From the human T2T-CHM13v2.0 reference genome, Homo sapiens: a stretch of 64,000 nucleotides of DNA. Each line of letters opens with the position of its first letter. Position 1 is the stretch's first letter. The notes under the pieces are model-generated. The model was not told the DNA's origin. It did no database searches and saw only the letters and a list, made by a program, of their open reading frames with translations. This document shows positions 14,608 through 28,940 of this stretch, piece after piece. Location: assembly GCF_009914755.1 (NCBI RefSeq), contig NC_060932.1. One strand, given 5' to 3'. The position numbers and the translations under genes are program-made.

Positions 14608-14748
14608 CCTTGTTTTTGTGATTTGTTGCAATTTCTTGGAAGGAAGACATGTTTGGCCTAAGTTAACACATGAGGTTACTGGAACATTGAGAAATTAGCA
14701 TGTTTTTCTAGAATCTTCCTAGTCAGAAGTCAAGCAAATGGTTAAAAG

Positions 14749-15196
14749 TGTTAATAAAACATCTGGGGTTTAGTCTAGGTCCTGCTGCTCTCTGCACAGA
14801 AAGCCAATGACTGAGATGATAAGTATTGCCAAGGAAGAACGCTTTAATTGGGTGCTGCAGCTGAGGAGATGAGAGATCAGTCTCAAGTCCATCCCCCCGA
14901 ACCACTAAAACTAGGAGTCTATATAGCAAGGAAGAAATGTAATAGTGTGTGAGAAAACAGGAACTAGGATGGGGCAAGGAAGCAATCATGATGACTGAGG
15001 GATCTGGCATCTCATTGTCTGGATGTGGTGATCTGGTGAGTTTCAGTTCTTTGAAACTTTTTTTGAAAGGCCTGAAGGTCACTTCCTGAGGAAGGAACTC
15101 AGATAAAACAAATCTAAATTTCAAGCTTTAGGACCAGAAGGGTCAATTTCTGTTTATCCAGAAACAACTGTCTATGAGACTATAAGGTCTGTTTCA
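14749..15196 (-). mobile_element. LTR47-like solo LTR, full length
   Basis: TG...CA termini; 4-bp TSD AAAG at 14745-14748 and 15197-15200; homologous to 13050-13524. Confidence 0.85.
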
Positions 15197-15240
15197 AAAG
15201 CATTGCATTTTGGAAGCTGCAAATAATAAAATACTACTAA

Positions 15241-15548
<308 letters not shown>

Positions 15549-16694
15549 GCAAGCTACTATTATTATACTGTTTAATGTATTCAAAGTCCATCCTATAATT
15601 GCCATTTGGTAATAAGGAAATGATGATTCCTCAAGTAGAATCCCAGTTCTCTTTTTAAACCACTTATTGAAGTATAAGGGAGATAAAAAGCTGTACAGAT
15701 ATAATGTATACCTTTTCCAAGTCCCAATACATTTTGAAATTAATATGCTTATAAAAATAGCCCTGTACCAATCTTTTTATTTCACAGATGAAACTCAAAT
15801 CTAACAGGTTAATGTCTTAACAAAGAAGGCAAAGGTAGTTTGTGAGAACTCAGGGCTGCTTTAATTTCTCTGCTCAAAGTAATACTCACAATCTGGAAAA
15901 ATCAATGGCAAGTTTCACTGGTAAACTATTTTTAGCCAATCATAAAGCTGATTGTATTTTCCTTCCTGGAAGAGGACCAGTTCCACATCCTGCTTATTTT
16001 CTTGCTTTGGGTTTAATGTAATAACTACATCTCTCAGCAATGCTGTTATATATTGATATCTGACACACGTGGATCCTTTCAATGATTAGAAACAAGATAG
16101 TGATGCCCAGAGTAGTGACTCACAGTGAGCCGCAAGTCTGTCCATGTACACACTGTGTCATTCTCTAATAGTCTGTTTATTGCAGCCTGAGCAGGCTCCA
16201 TGTGCTGTATTAAGCTAAGGTGCTTTATTTGGAAAAGTTTGGAGGAATCATTGAAGGATTTTAAATAGGTGTTGGCATGATCAGTAGGCATTTTGTTGTA
16301 TAACACACCCTATATCAGCATGAATGAAGTAAGGATTGGCGAGATCTTGAGAAGCTCACACAGTTGCAGAATTCTTGCTATAGTTGGCCTCTTCTGTCTG
16401 TTGCATATATGCCATAATCTCTGCTAATGGGGTGTATCCACTATTCTGGGGATTAGGAATCCTTCCCAAATACTGTGTTGTTCCTTCTCAATCCAGCTAC
16501 AGCCAAGATGTTCCTGTGTGAAGAAGCTCTTCTGTCCCCTTCTTAGATCTGTTCTCTGATCTGCCTCCCATCTTGGTCATGGCCAGACTAGTGAAGGAGA
16601 AATTTAATTTTTTGTACCCCCAAATTTAGTCCACATGTTTTTCATGCTCACTATTATATACAGTGATCAATTTAGATAAAACTAATAGAACCTC

Positions 16695-17025
<331 letters not shown>

Positions 17026-17659
17026 CCTAATAGAACTTCATCATTGAGCATGTTAACAGCAAAATATGAACAGGTGTTACTCTGAAATTTATTGGAATAA
17101 ATTCTTCTTTTCCCTCATTCCCTATAGCCTCTAGATGTGTAGTCTGCTTTATCTCCCTCTCCCTTCCCTCAGCTCTCTTCTACCTCTCCCTTGTTCTCTG
17201 TCTTATCAGTTTCTGGAGTGATTTTATTCTGGAATAAGTATGCAAGTTCTTTTCTAAAATTAGCCTTTACCTTTTACTAATTAATCTCTCCATCATTCAG
17301 AGGCACATTCCCACCACAAACCTCATATTACTGTAGCTTGGAAATTATAATTTGGTAGTACATATATCACATGCAGGCCCACATATGTTCTTTACAAAGT
17401 AATCCAACAGTAAAAAGTCAAGACATTTAATAATAAAAGTGCAGGTTTTTAGTTTCTCTTTAACAAGCACGATTCTGGTAACACCAAGCTTGCAATCCTA
17501 CACAGCTTCTAACAACTGTAACTGAGTAGCTACAATCTCAATCTTAGACAGAATGTGGATTATTCAGCACACCAAAGTCTTTATTGCCTCCGCAACAGTA
17601 AGTCTCAGTGTCAGTTGGGATTTATCATAACATTTACTCTGTTGATTTTCTTAGAATAT

Positions 17660-20250
17660 AGAAATAAAGGCATCCAAATTAGAAAGGAAGAAGAAAAATT
17701 ATTCCTCTTTGAAGATGACATGATTTTGTATGTAGAAGACCCTAAAGATTTCACAAAAATATCTGTTAGAACTAATAAATGAACTCAGTAAAGTATTAGA
17801 AAACAAAATCAATATACAAAAATCAGTTGTATTTCTTTATACCAATAACAATCAATCTGAAAAAGAAATTTAAAAATCCAATTTGTGATAACATCAAAAA
17901 GAATAAAATACTCAGGAGTGTATTTAACCAAGGAAGTAAAAAATCTGTGCACTGAAAACTATGAGCTAGAACACTGATGAAAGAAATTGAGACACAAATA
18001 AATGTAGAGAAACCCCGTGTTTGTTGATTGAAAGAATTAATTTTGTTAAAATGTTCATACTACCCAAAGCAATATACAGATTCAATGCAATTCCTATCAA
18101 TATTCTAATGGCATTTTTCACAGAAATAGAAAAAAAAATCAAAAATTTGTATAGAATCACAAAAGATCCCAAATAGCTAAAGCAATCTTCAGAAAATACA
18201 ACAAACCTGGAGCCATCACACTTTCTGATTTGAAATTATATGACAAAGTTATAGTAATCAAAACAGCATGGTACTGGGATTAAAAACATACACATTGGTG
18301 AATAGAGCAAAATAGAGGTCAGAAATAAACACAAACATAGACAGTCAAGTAAATTTTGATACGGCCACTAAGAAGACACAATGGGAAAAGGATAGTCTCT
18401 TCAAAAAGTAGTGTTGGGAAAACTGGATATTCACCTGGAAAAGAATAAAACTGGACCCTTATCTTACTTTGTATACAAAAATCAACTAAAATGGATTAAA
18501 GATCTAAACATAACACCTGGATGTATTAAATATAAAATTTCAAGAAGGCAACCTAGGGGAAAAACTCCTTAACATTGGCCTTGGCAATGCTTTTTTCTTT
18601 TTTTTTTTTTTTAACTTAGCACATGGAAGGTCAGTGCTACAGTTTATATATTTGTCTTCTCCAAAGTTCATGTTGAAATTTGATCCCCCATATTGGAGGT
18701 AAGGCCTAGTGGGAGGTATTGAGGTGATGGGGGCAGATCCTTCATGAACAGATTAATGTTCTCCCTTGGGAGTTAGTGAGTTCTCACTGTATTATTTCCT
18801 GCTAGAGATGGTTGTTAAGAAGAGCCTGGTGCCTCCTGCCATACTTGCTTCCTATCTTTCCATGTGATCTTTGTACACACTGGCTCCCCTTCACTCTTCT
18901 TTATGAGTGGAAGCAGCCTGAGACTCTCAACAGATGCTCAATCTTGAACTTTCTCAAACATCAGAATTGTGAGCCAAATAAACCTTTTTTCTTTATAAAT
19001 TGCCCAGTCTCAGGTATTCCTTCATAGCAACACTAAACAGGCTAAGAAAGTCAGACAAAAAAAGCAAAAATAAACAAGTGTGACTACATCAAATCTAAAA
19101 GCTTTTGCACAGCAAAGGAAATAACTGACAAAATGGGAAGGCAGCCTACAAATTGGGAGAAAATATTTGCAAATTATATATCAAATAAGGGGTTAATAGC
19201 CAAAAAAAATAAGGAACTCACTCAACTCAATAACAGTTAGACAAACAAAAACAAATAACTCGATTAAAAAATAGGCAAAGGACCTGAATAGACACTTTCC
19301 TAAAGAAAACACAAAAATGATCAACAGGTATAAGAAAAGGTGCTCAATATCACTAATTAGCAGAGGAAATGCTAATCAAAACTACTATGAGATAACACCT
19401 CACACCCGTTAGGATGGCCGTTAGCAAGAAGACAAGAGATAATAAACATTAAAGATATGGAATAAAAGGAACCTTGCAAAATGATAGAAATGCAAACTGG
19501 AAGATCTATTATGGAAAATAGTATGGAGGCTCCTCAAAATGTCAAAAATAGAACTACCATACGATCTAGGAGTCTCTCTGCTGGGTATATATCCAAAGGA
19601 AATGAAATCAGTATGTCAAAGAGATATCTGCACTTCCATGTTCATTGCAATATTATTCACTATAGCTAAGATATGGAAACAACTTCAGTGTCCATTGATG
19701 GATGAATAAATTATGTATGTATGTATGTACGTATGTGTGTGTACATACATATATTATATATATGTACACACACACACAATGCAATATTATTCAGCCACAA
19801 AAAAAGCAAAAACTGCCACTTGAAACAACATGGATGAACCTGGAGATATTATGGTAGGTAAAATTAGCCAGACACGGAAAGTCAAATAGTGCATGATCTC
19901 ACTTATATGTGGAATCTAAAGTAAGTCATATACATACAAACAGGAAGTAAAATAATCATTTCTAGGGGCAGGGACAGGGGCAGAAATGAGGAGATGCGCA
20001 TTAAAGTATACAATATGTCTAAATATCTCATGTACAGCCAAAGGACTGTAGTTAGTAATATTTTACCCTGAAAAATTACTGAAAGAGTAGATGTTAGATG
20101 CCCTTCCCACAAAAATGTAACCATGTGATGGGTATGCTAATTTGCATGACTGTAGTAATAATTTTATTATGTATGTGCATGTCAAAATATCATATTGTTA
20201 ATAATGTTGTACGCCTTAAAGTACACAATAAAATATAAATAAAAATTTGT
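17660..20250 (+). mobile_element. L1MA7/8-like 5'-truncated LINE-1 (ORF2 RT to 3'UTR), interrupted by MSTB
   Basis: Translates NKGIQIRKEEEKLFLFEDDMILYVEDPKD (RT FADD region); ORF2 C-terminal relics; L1MA 3'UTR ending aaagtacacaataaaa. Confidence 0.92.
18635..19049 (+). mobile_element. MSTB-like MaLR solo LTR
   Basis: tgctacagttt...catgttgaaatttgatcccc...gtgagccaaataaacc...ctaagaaa; perfect 5-bp TSD GTCAG. Confidence 0.9.
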
Positions 20251-20304
20251 AAAAAGAATATGAAAATAGTTCTGATTTAACTATTTTATCAAAAGTAGCA
20301 AAAT

Positions 20305-21775
20305 ATTGCCATTTTTATGTCCATGAGTACCAGTGTTTAGCTCCCACTTATAAATGAGAATGTGCAGTATTTAGTTTTCTGTTCCTGTGTTAATTCATTT
20401 AGGACAATGGCCTCCAGCTGCATCCATGTTGCTGCAAAAGTAATGATTTTATTCCTTTTTATGGCCACATAGCATTCCATGATTTATATGGGCCACATTT
20501 TCTTTATCCAATCAACTGTTGATGAGCATCTAGGTTGATTCCATGTCTTTGCTAATGAGCATAGTACTGTGATGAACATACAAGTGCATGTCTCTTTTTT
20601 AATAGAACAATTTATATTCCTTTGGGTATATTCCCAGAAATAGGATTGCTGGGTCAAATGGTAGTTCTATTTTAAGTTCTTTGAGAAATCTCCAATCTCC
20701 TCTCCACAATGGTTGAACTAACTTGCATTCCCACCAACAGTGTGTAAGCATTCCATTTTCTCAACAACTCTGCCAATATCTGTTACTTTTTGACTTTTTA
20801 ATAACAGCCATTGTGACTGGTGTAAGATGATATCTCATTGTGGTTTTGATTTGCATTTCTCTGATGATTAATGACATGGAACATTTTTTCATGCTTGTTG
20901 GCCCCTTGGATTCTTCTTTTGCAAAGTGTCTGTTCATGTATTTTGCCTACTTTTTTTTTTTTTTTTTGAGACAGAGCCTTGCTCTGTTGCCCAGGCTGGA
21001 GTGCAGTGGCACCATCTCTGGCTCCCAGATTCAAGCAATTCTCCTGAGTCAGCCTCCCAAGTAGCTGGGATTACAGGTGCCCACCACCACACCCAGCTAA
21101 TTTTTGTACTTTTAGTAGAGACAGGGTTTCACCATATTGGCCAGGCTGGTCTCAAACTCCTGACCTCATGATCCGCCCACCTCGGCCTCCCAAAGTGCCG
21201 GGATTAGAGGCATGAGCCACCGCACCCAGCCGTATTTTGCCTACTTTTTAATGGGGTTAATGGTTTTTTGCTTATTAAGTTCCTTATTGTCCTTATTGAT
21301 TCTGAATATTAGACCTTTGTCAGATGCATGGTTTGCAAAAATTATCTCCCATATTGTAGGTTGTCTGTTTACCCTTTTGATAGTTTATTTTGCTGTGCAG
21401 AAGCTCTTTAGTTTAATTAGTTCTCACATGTCAATTTTTGTTTTTGTTGCAATTGCTTTTGAGGACTTAGTCATAAATTCTTTCCCAAAACTGATGTCCA
21501 GAATGGTGTTTCCTAGGTTTTCTTCTAGCATTCTTATAGTTTGATTGCTGACATTTAAATCTTTAACCCATCTTGCATTAATTTTGTATATGGTTAAGTG
21601 AAAGGATGCAGTTTTATTCTTCCACATATGGCTATTCTAACAACATTTATTGAATAGGAATAACCTATTCAATAAATAGAATAACCAGCTATTCTAACAC
21701 CATTTATTGAATAGGAAGTCCTTTCCTCATTGCTTATTTTTGTTGACTTTGTCGAAGGTCAAATGGCTGTAGCTT
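20305..21775 (-). mobile_element. L1PA15/16-like inverted 5' segment of a twin-primed insertion
   Basis: Antisense L1 ORF2 C-terminus and 3'UTR (NQRNANQNHNEIS-type translation on the minus strand). Confidence 0.92.
20955..21231 (-). mobile_element. AluS inserted in L1, with small internal deletion
   Basis: TSD gtattttgcctactttt on both sides; right arm lacks about 16 nt (accatct|ctggctccc). Confidence 0.95.
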
Positions 21776-21779
21776 TATA

Positions 21780-21972
21780 GTATGGGCTCTACTAGAGAAG
21801 GAAGGGAGGGAGGTGGGGTATGGGTTGAAAAACTATTGGGTACTATGCTCACTACCTGGATGACAAGATCATTTATATTCCAAATCTCTGCATCATGCAA
21901 TATGCCAGTGTAAAAAGCCTGCACATGTACTCCCTTGAATCTAAATTAAAAGTTGAAATTATTTTTAAAAAA
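21780..21972 (+). mobile_element. L1PA15/16-like sense 3' terminus
   Basis: gggttgaaaaactattgggtactatgctcactacctgg...ctgcacatgtac...aaagttgaaatt followed by an A-run. Confidence 0.9.
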
Positions 21973-22044
21973 GGAAATACAAAATTGTGGGTTAAATTTA
22001 AAGGACAAACAGTATATTGGTACAGCATTAAAATACCTTCCCTG

Positions 22045-22158
22045 ACATATTCATTAATACCTTTTTTCTAATAATTTCTTTAAAAGACCTATGACTATTT
22101 AACATATTCATTAATACCTTTTTTCTAATAATTTCTTTAAAAGACCTATGACTATTTA
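22045..22158. repeat. perfect 57-bp tandem duplication
   Basis: acatattcattaataccttttttctaataatttctttaaaagacctatgactattta occurs twice, identical. Confidence 0.97.
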
Positions 22159-22159
22159 A

Positions 22160-23290
<1,131 letters not shown>

Positions 23291-23469
23291 GCAAAATGAA
23301 AACTAATAAGGCTGGTGAATTTTTCTACACTTTGCTGTTGTACTCAATTTTATAACTTTCCTGGCTCCTGGAGGCATCTGAGTTTGTAACTTTTGCTGAG
23401 ACCTTTTGACTTGCGTTTACTATTCCTTGTTATTTGAAAATTAAGAGTAGCTTTAAGCATGGACAAATA

Positions 23470-23955
23470 TACCAGTTAGCTTTTGCTAAGATGTGACTAA
23501 AAATAGCATTCAAGATTCTGAAGTTTAGCAATTTGGACTTGGCTCAGTTCAGTGGTACTTCTGGTCTCATGAAGGCTCACTCATGCATCTGCTTTTAGCC
23601 ACCAGGTCAATGGGTAGGTAACTAGGCTGGATGGCTACATCTGGGAAAATTCATCTCTATTCTACATATCTTTCATGTAGCAGCTGTCTGGCTTGGACCA
23701 CGTTGATATGGCAGAATTCCAAGAGAAAAAGCAAAGGTGAGCAAAGCCACTTGAGGCCTAGGCTTAGAAGTGGTAAACCTTTACTTCCTTCACTTTGTGT
23801 TGGTCACAGAAAGTCACTAACTAGCTGGGCCGGATCCAAGGAGTGGAGAAATAGATTCCACTGCTTAAAGAAAGGAAGTCCAAAATCTCATTGCAAAGGG
23901 TGTAGTACAGGAAGATGTGGACAATTGAGGTTGTTTTTATAATCAATCTACCACA
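23470..23955 (-). mobile_element. MLT1 (H-like) MaLR LTR
   Basis: cttgaggcctaggcttagaagtgg...gagtggagaaatagattccact...aatcaatctaccaca. Confidence 0.8.
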
Positions 23956-25549
23956 AAAAAAGGGACAATAATGAAGAACCCCGCTTCATAGCCAGTGGGG
24001 ACATAGTGAAACAATGCCCAGAAATAAAGTCAAGAGTGACTTTGGGTGATTTATTGTCCTTAATAGATCTATTTCTGATTATGCTGTACACACTTGAGCA
24101 ATGGTTCTGAACACAAGAATTTATCTAACATTCAAGTTTAGTGGGGTCATCCCAAATCAAATGAACAAGGATCCATTAGGCCTGGGAACTAATGGGCACA
24201 GCCAGGTGCCAGCAAGCCAGGCGTTCAGGGAGCCGGGCAATCCGTTAGAAGAGGGAGGGGATGGCTTTGTACAAGTCAGGAGGAGCAGGGATGGGAAATG
24301 GAATGACCTAAGTGGACCAACAGTCCAACCTCTCTCCATAGCTATGACTTAATGATTTGATAAATGAAAAAATGTACGCTAGCTGGCAGGTCACTAACAT
24401 CACCATTGTGTGTTTACCTTTAAACCACAAGAGTCAGAGAGGAGATTCCTTATGCTGTTTGCAAATGGAAACTAATGATTTTTGTTCTCACACATGAACT
24501 TGCAAGCAGGGACTGCATCATTGCTTTGCAAATTTTAAGCTGACTGATCAAGTAGCTCAGCAGGAGTTCCTGGCATAGCATATGCCTGTTTCCAGCCTCT
24601 CCCTTGTATGTTTCTGCTATGGTGATTTGAGGTCATTTATATTATTAAAAATTTTTGAAAAAATAGGGAACAAATAAGCATGATAGTTTATTATGGCTGT
24701 CTTTGTAAGATTCTACCACGTATTGCAGCAAGTTTGAAGGTAAAAACATATTATTTTAATGACACGATTTGCTAAAAGATTAAAATGTTTAAAAGGCATA
24801 ATGATGTTGGAATATTGTGGCACAGAAATTACAGATGTAGGTATTCCAAATGTTAACTATCACATTGCTTGTCTTCATAAGATTAAACACTGTATTTCAC
24901 ACTATACACAGACACCTGCAGATGTTTTACACCTTTTTTTACTTATCTTCTAGAAAAAATATGTTTCAAGTATCTTCTCCTTTAACCATATCACATAACT
25001 ATAAATCTGTTACATACATGGGTTGATCAAAGTCACAAAGATAGTGACAATATCTTGGTACCAGATTAATAATTACTGCCTCTTAATGGTACTTCTAGTA
25101 GGTCTCCCAATTATCAGTCCAAATCTGTATTCACAATACTGAGATAATGAATTCATGACTAATTTAATTCCAATCACAAATTTTGCAAGTGGTATTCAAA
25201 CAAATATATAAACTGCTTTCTAAAAGTTACAATGTGGGATGTAAAATGTTTCAATATATTGGCTTTATTTTGCTGTCTTTTATCATGCAGAACTAGTATT
25301 TTGACTAGTAGACAAAATTCAGACTATCTTTGCATTCTAAAACAAAATTCTCCACTGGAAAGTTCTCACAAAAGAATTTCTTTAAAGAGATGTAACTAAT
25401 ATAAGAGATTTGTGGACAAATTTGCATATTTATTTTTTTCTTTGTTCCAAAACGTTTCTTATGGGACACTTTGTAGTACCCTATGATCAAGGAGTTTAGA
25501 TTGCAGTGGTCACTATCTGACTTTTGTTTAAAGGATATTTTTTTAAAAG

Positions 25550-26225
25550 GATGTATCAGATTTTCAAGCATAAAAATAATGAGAAAATCCAGTTTTGGCA
25601 GAGATTGGGGAAATGGCTGCTCTCAAATACTGCTGTTAGAAATATTAATTAGTACAATCTCTCTAGAGGACAATTTGGCAACACGTATGAGAAGCTATAA
25701 AAATATGCATTCCCTGCCACCCATTAATTCCAATTCTAGGAATGTAAATCAAATAATGAATTAGACAAGTATTTATGCAAAGTTGTATATAAAAGCATGT
25801 TCAACTCAGCAATCTTAGTTCTAGCTAAAACTCAAAGCAATGTCATCAATTACAGACTGGTCAAAAAATTATGGTACATTCAAGAAAGGAAATAAAGTAG
25901 TCAACAAAGTAATAATATAAATCTGAATGGAATGATATTTAAAATGTTAAATGAAAAAACAGCTTACATAAGAATGCATTTACGATTCTACTCTGATAGC
26001 TATAGAAGTAATTTCATTTGTGTGTGTTTACTATAAATATATGTGTAGATTTGCATATGTAGATACACAAATGAAAGAAAAGTCAGTAGCAAAATGAACA
26101 AAGTATAAACAGTAGTTATCATAGGAAAGTGGGATGATTATGATGATGAAAATGATGATTGGTCTTGTTTTCTACTTTCTGTTTCAATTTCATAACTCAG
26201 ATTACTTGTATAAAAATAAATACAT
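25550..26225 (+). mobile_element. L1ME-type 3' relic
   Basis: gaggacaatttggcaaca...aattccaattctaggaat...aaattatggtacatt...acagtagttatc. Confidence 0.7.
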
Positions 26226-27109
26226 AAAACTAAAGTAAGCTACTTCTGCTGAGTACGTGTCCTTAAAGCAAAAACTGAACTGCTGCCCAGATATAATTCA
26301 TTGCCCAGACTAGCTTGACTGCTAAAGAACTCTTGAGGCCATCTGAGTAATTTTTCTGAAGAAAATTAGGTAACTTATACAGCATCCAATAGCTCATCTA
26401 AAGTTATAGAGAATCTCTCAACACTACATTTTCCTTGTTTCTTCCAAGTTTCCTCTTATCCATATCACTTTAATAACTTTTTTCTTGTCGCAGTGATTAA
26501 TTTCTGCTTGTCTATTAGGACAGAGATTATGTACCCCTCCCCTTTAGCATAAGTCAGAGAATAGCCTTGCTCAGCACGTATACACAGTATTTTAGTTCAC
26601 GGTGATCCAAATTGTTTAGCTGTATTTTCCTCCCATACTCACAGTCTCTGCTTCAGACTGAGAAGGAAGGATATTCAGGTTTCCAAAGCCCAGCAAGAAT
26701 TTGGATAGAGTTCTCAGACAACTTACTCATTTTTTTTCTTCCCTGGTTTCTGGCTGAGACATATGATGTTGGAACATTATAAACCCACATCCCAGTCTTA
26801 AAAAAATGAGGAAATACCTCAGTAAAGAAACAAAAGCTCCTGAATTGGATGCCTGTAGAAATCCATCAAGTTATAAGTAGTTGTTAGAAGAAGCACCCTA
26901 GGCACTGAAAGTACTTGTATGTGGGTATCTGATTTTGCATGTTACTGAAAGTGGTGATTTGGAGAAGAAATAGTTCTATATCAGAGTACTTTTTAAAATT
27001 AAAACCTGAAAATGAGATGTAAGAGTTATCAATTTTTTTAGCACAACCTAAAACTGCCAACAGTAAGGGAAGGGGCAGCAGTTGAGATCTATTTCTATAC
27101 ATGGTCCCA

Positions 27110-27260
27110 GTGAATCTCCTCAATAATCTCTTGGAGAAATTCTTAACATCTTCACTTTATAGGTGATAAAACTAAGCCCTAGAGACTAAATAAGCTGTCT
27201 CGGGTTACATTATTTGCATGTGGCACACCCAGAATTTGACCTGAAGTCTTCACATTCTTG
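27110..27260 (-). mobile_element. MIR fragment
   Basis: cactttataggtgataaaactaagccctagagactaaataa...gtggcacacccagaatttga. Confidence 0.6.
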
Positions 27261-28079
27261 GTTAGATTTGAGAGAGAGGAGACAGAGCTAGAGAGAAGAA
27301 CACTAATGGTATGAAAGGATGATACATAAAGTATTTATGGAAATTAGAACCAACAGTAACACTCTTCTCTGGCCAAAGTCTGAATCAATTGACAAATAAG
27401 AATAAGACAGATGAGACAGCAAAAATCGTCTTTATTACCAACAAAGCTGATATGACAGGCAGTGAATAACATCTTTGGGAAAACAGACTTAGCAATACTG
27501 AGCCCAGAATTAAAGCAGGTGTCCCCATCCAGGTACAGACCATTCTGGAACACCACAGCCTCCCCTCTGGGAGCAAGCAGAGAATAAACAAGAACCCATG
27601 TTCTTCATAGGCAGGCTGCCTCCCAGGAAGAGAAAAGATGAATACAGTGAACTGAGTTTGTCTACTTCATTCTTTCTAAATTTACCAATAAGAAAGTCTC
27701 TCCTCTTCCCCCATGGGGCAATGGAGCAGCAGATGAGAGGGCGGGAGAGAATCCAGGAACGTCACATTAGTAGAACTCCCTCCACATGGAAGGAAGCACT
27801 GGGAGTGTAGAAGAGTCATTCCTACACAAGAACTTTAGTTTGCACAGTCTAATAACTTCAAGAATCAAACAGTGTGTTTCTTTTTCAGCTATCATAAATT
27901 TTGCAGATTCTTGGAAAAAAGTAAAGAGGATAGGACAAACCAGGAGAGCTTGGTTTTCCCCAGTATTTTTCTTCTCCTGTCTCCCTTCACTTCCTGCCAT
28001 TCCTTGTGCCAGATGGAGTATACATAACTCTGACTTAGAGGGAAAAAAGTTTATTCATAAGAGGGAGGAGAGTTTTGGA

Positions 28080-28940
28080 AGATGAGATTCCCAGGGCCTG
28101 AAGGCAGTTGAGAACCACCTATCCCCTTAAAGTTGGGAGGATAAGCGGGGTAGAGGAAGCTGATATTTTTTTTCTTCACAGGTGGAGTATGATGAGTGAC
28201 TGCCCAACAGATGTGTAATGGGACTCTGCCACATGATAGACAGCAGAGGAGACAGGGAAGCATGGGATGTCTAGGAACTTCCAGTATCACAACCCACAAG
28301 TGGCATGGGAGAAATTCAGAAGTGCCTGCTTGCCAAAGAGATACATGTAGATTAGTTGACAAAAAGGCTTGAGTCACAGGCCCAGGATGTCACGTGATCA
28401 GGAGAGGTGCGGTCTCCCCAAGTGGATGTGGAGGGTATTATTGCTGGCTGGTTCCATAGCTAAAAATGTCTGAGGAAGATGAGCACAGTGGAGAGTGCTG
28501 TGTGGAAACGGAAATAGCTTCTCAGCGCAGCCAGGCAGAGGCCGAGGAGCTCCTGAATACCACTGTCTACACCATGAAGCCAATAAGAGTGAGAATTGAA
28601 TCACACCTTCAGAATATCAGCTAGTGGTCACTCAGGAAGCAATTACCCTCTTCTTGCTTGAGAAGTCTCCGTCTCTGCCCCTCCTGCTCCATTCTTGAGA
28701 ATTTGGGATTGGGATCAAGTGGAAAGAAAGGAAAGCCTGAGATAGAGCTTTGAACGGAACTGAACCTGAGATCACAATCCTGAATTTACACAAAAAGTCA
28801 CTGGATTGAATTAAGAAACTCCAAAAAAGGATGATATTAGTTATTCTGTTAAGGAGCAGAAATTGGAACTCATGAGTTAATTTAAAAAAAAAAAGTTTCC
28901 TTTTGCATATGTGGGTTGTGTTAATTATATCAGCTGTGGA
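28080..28940 (+). mobile_element. possible ancient Gypsy-like mammalian LTR (MamGypLTR/LTR85-like)
   Basis: Purine-rich body ending aaaaagtttccttttgcatatgtgggttgtgttaattatatcagct, which resembles MamGyp LTR 3' ends (from memory). Confidence 0.35.
28370..28398. promoter_or_regulatory. adjacent AP-1 (TGAGTCA) and extended E-box/CLEAR-like (GTCACGTGAT) motifs
   Basis: Exact motifs at 28370-28376 and 28389-28398; function untested. Confidence 0.35.

Noticed and set aside
14723-15124. 133-aa minus-strand ORF
   Set aside because: Lies almost wholly within an LTR47-like LTR, has a non-ATG start and no protein features.
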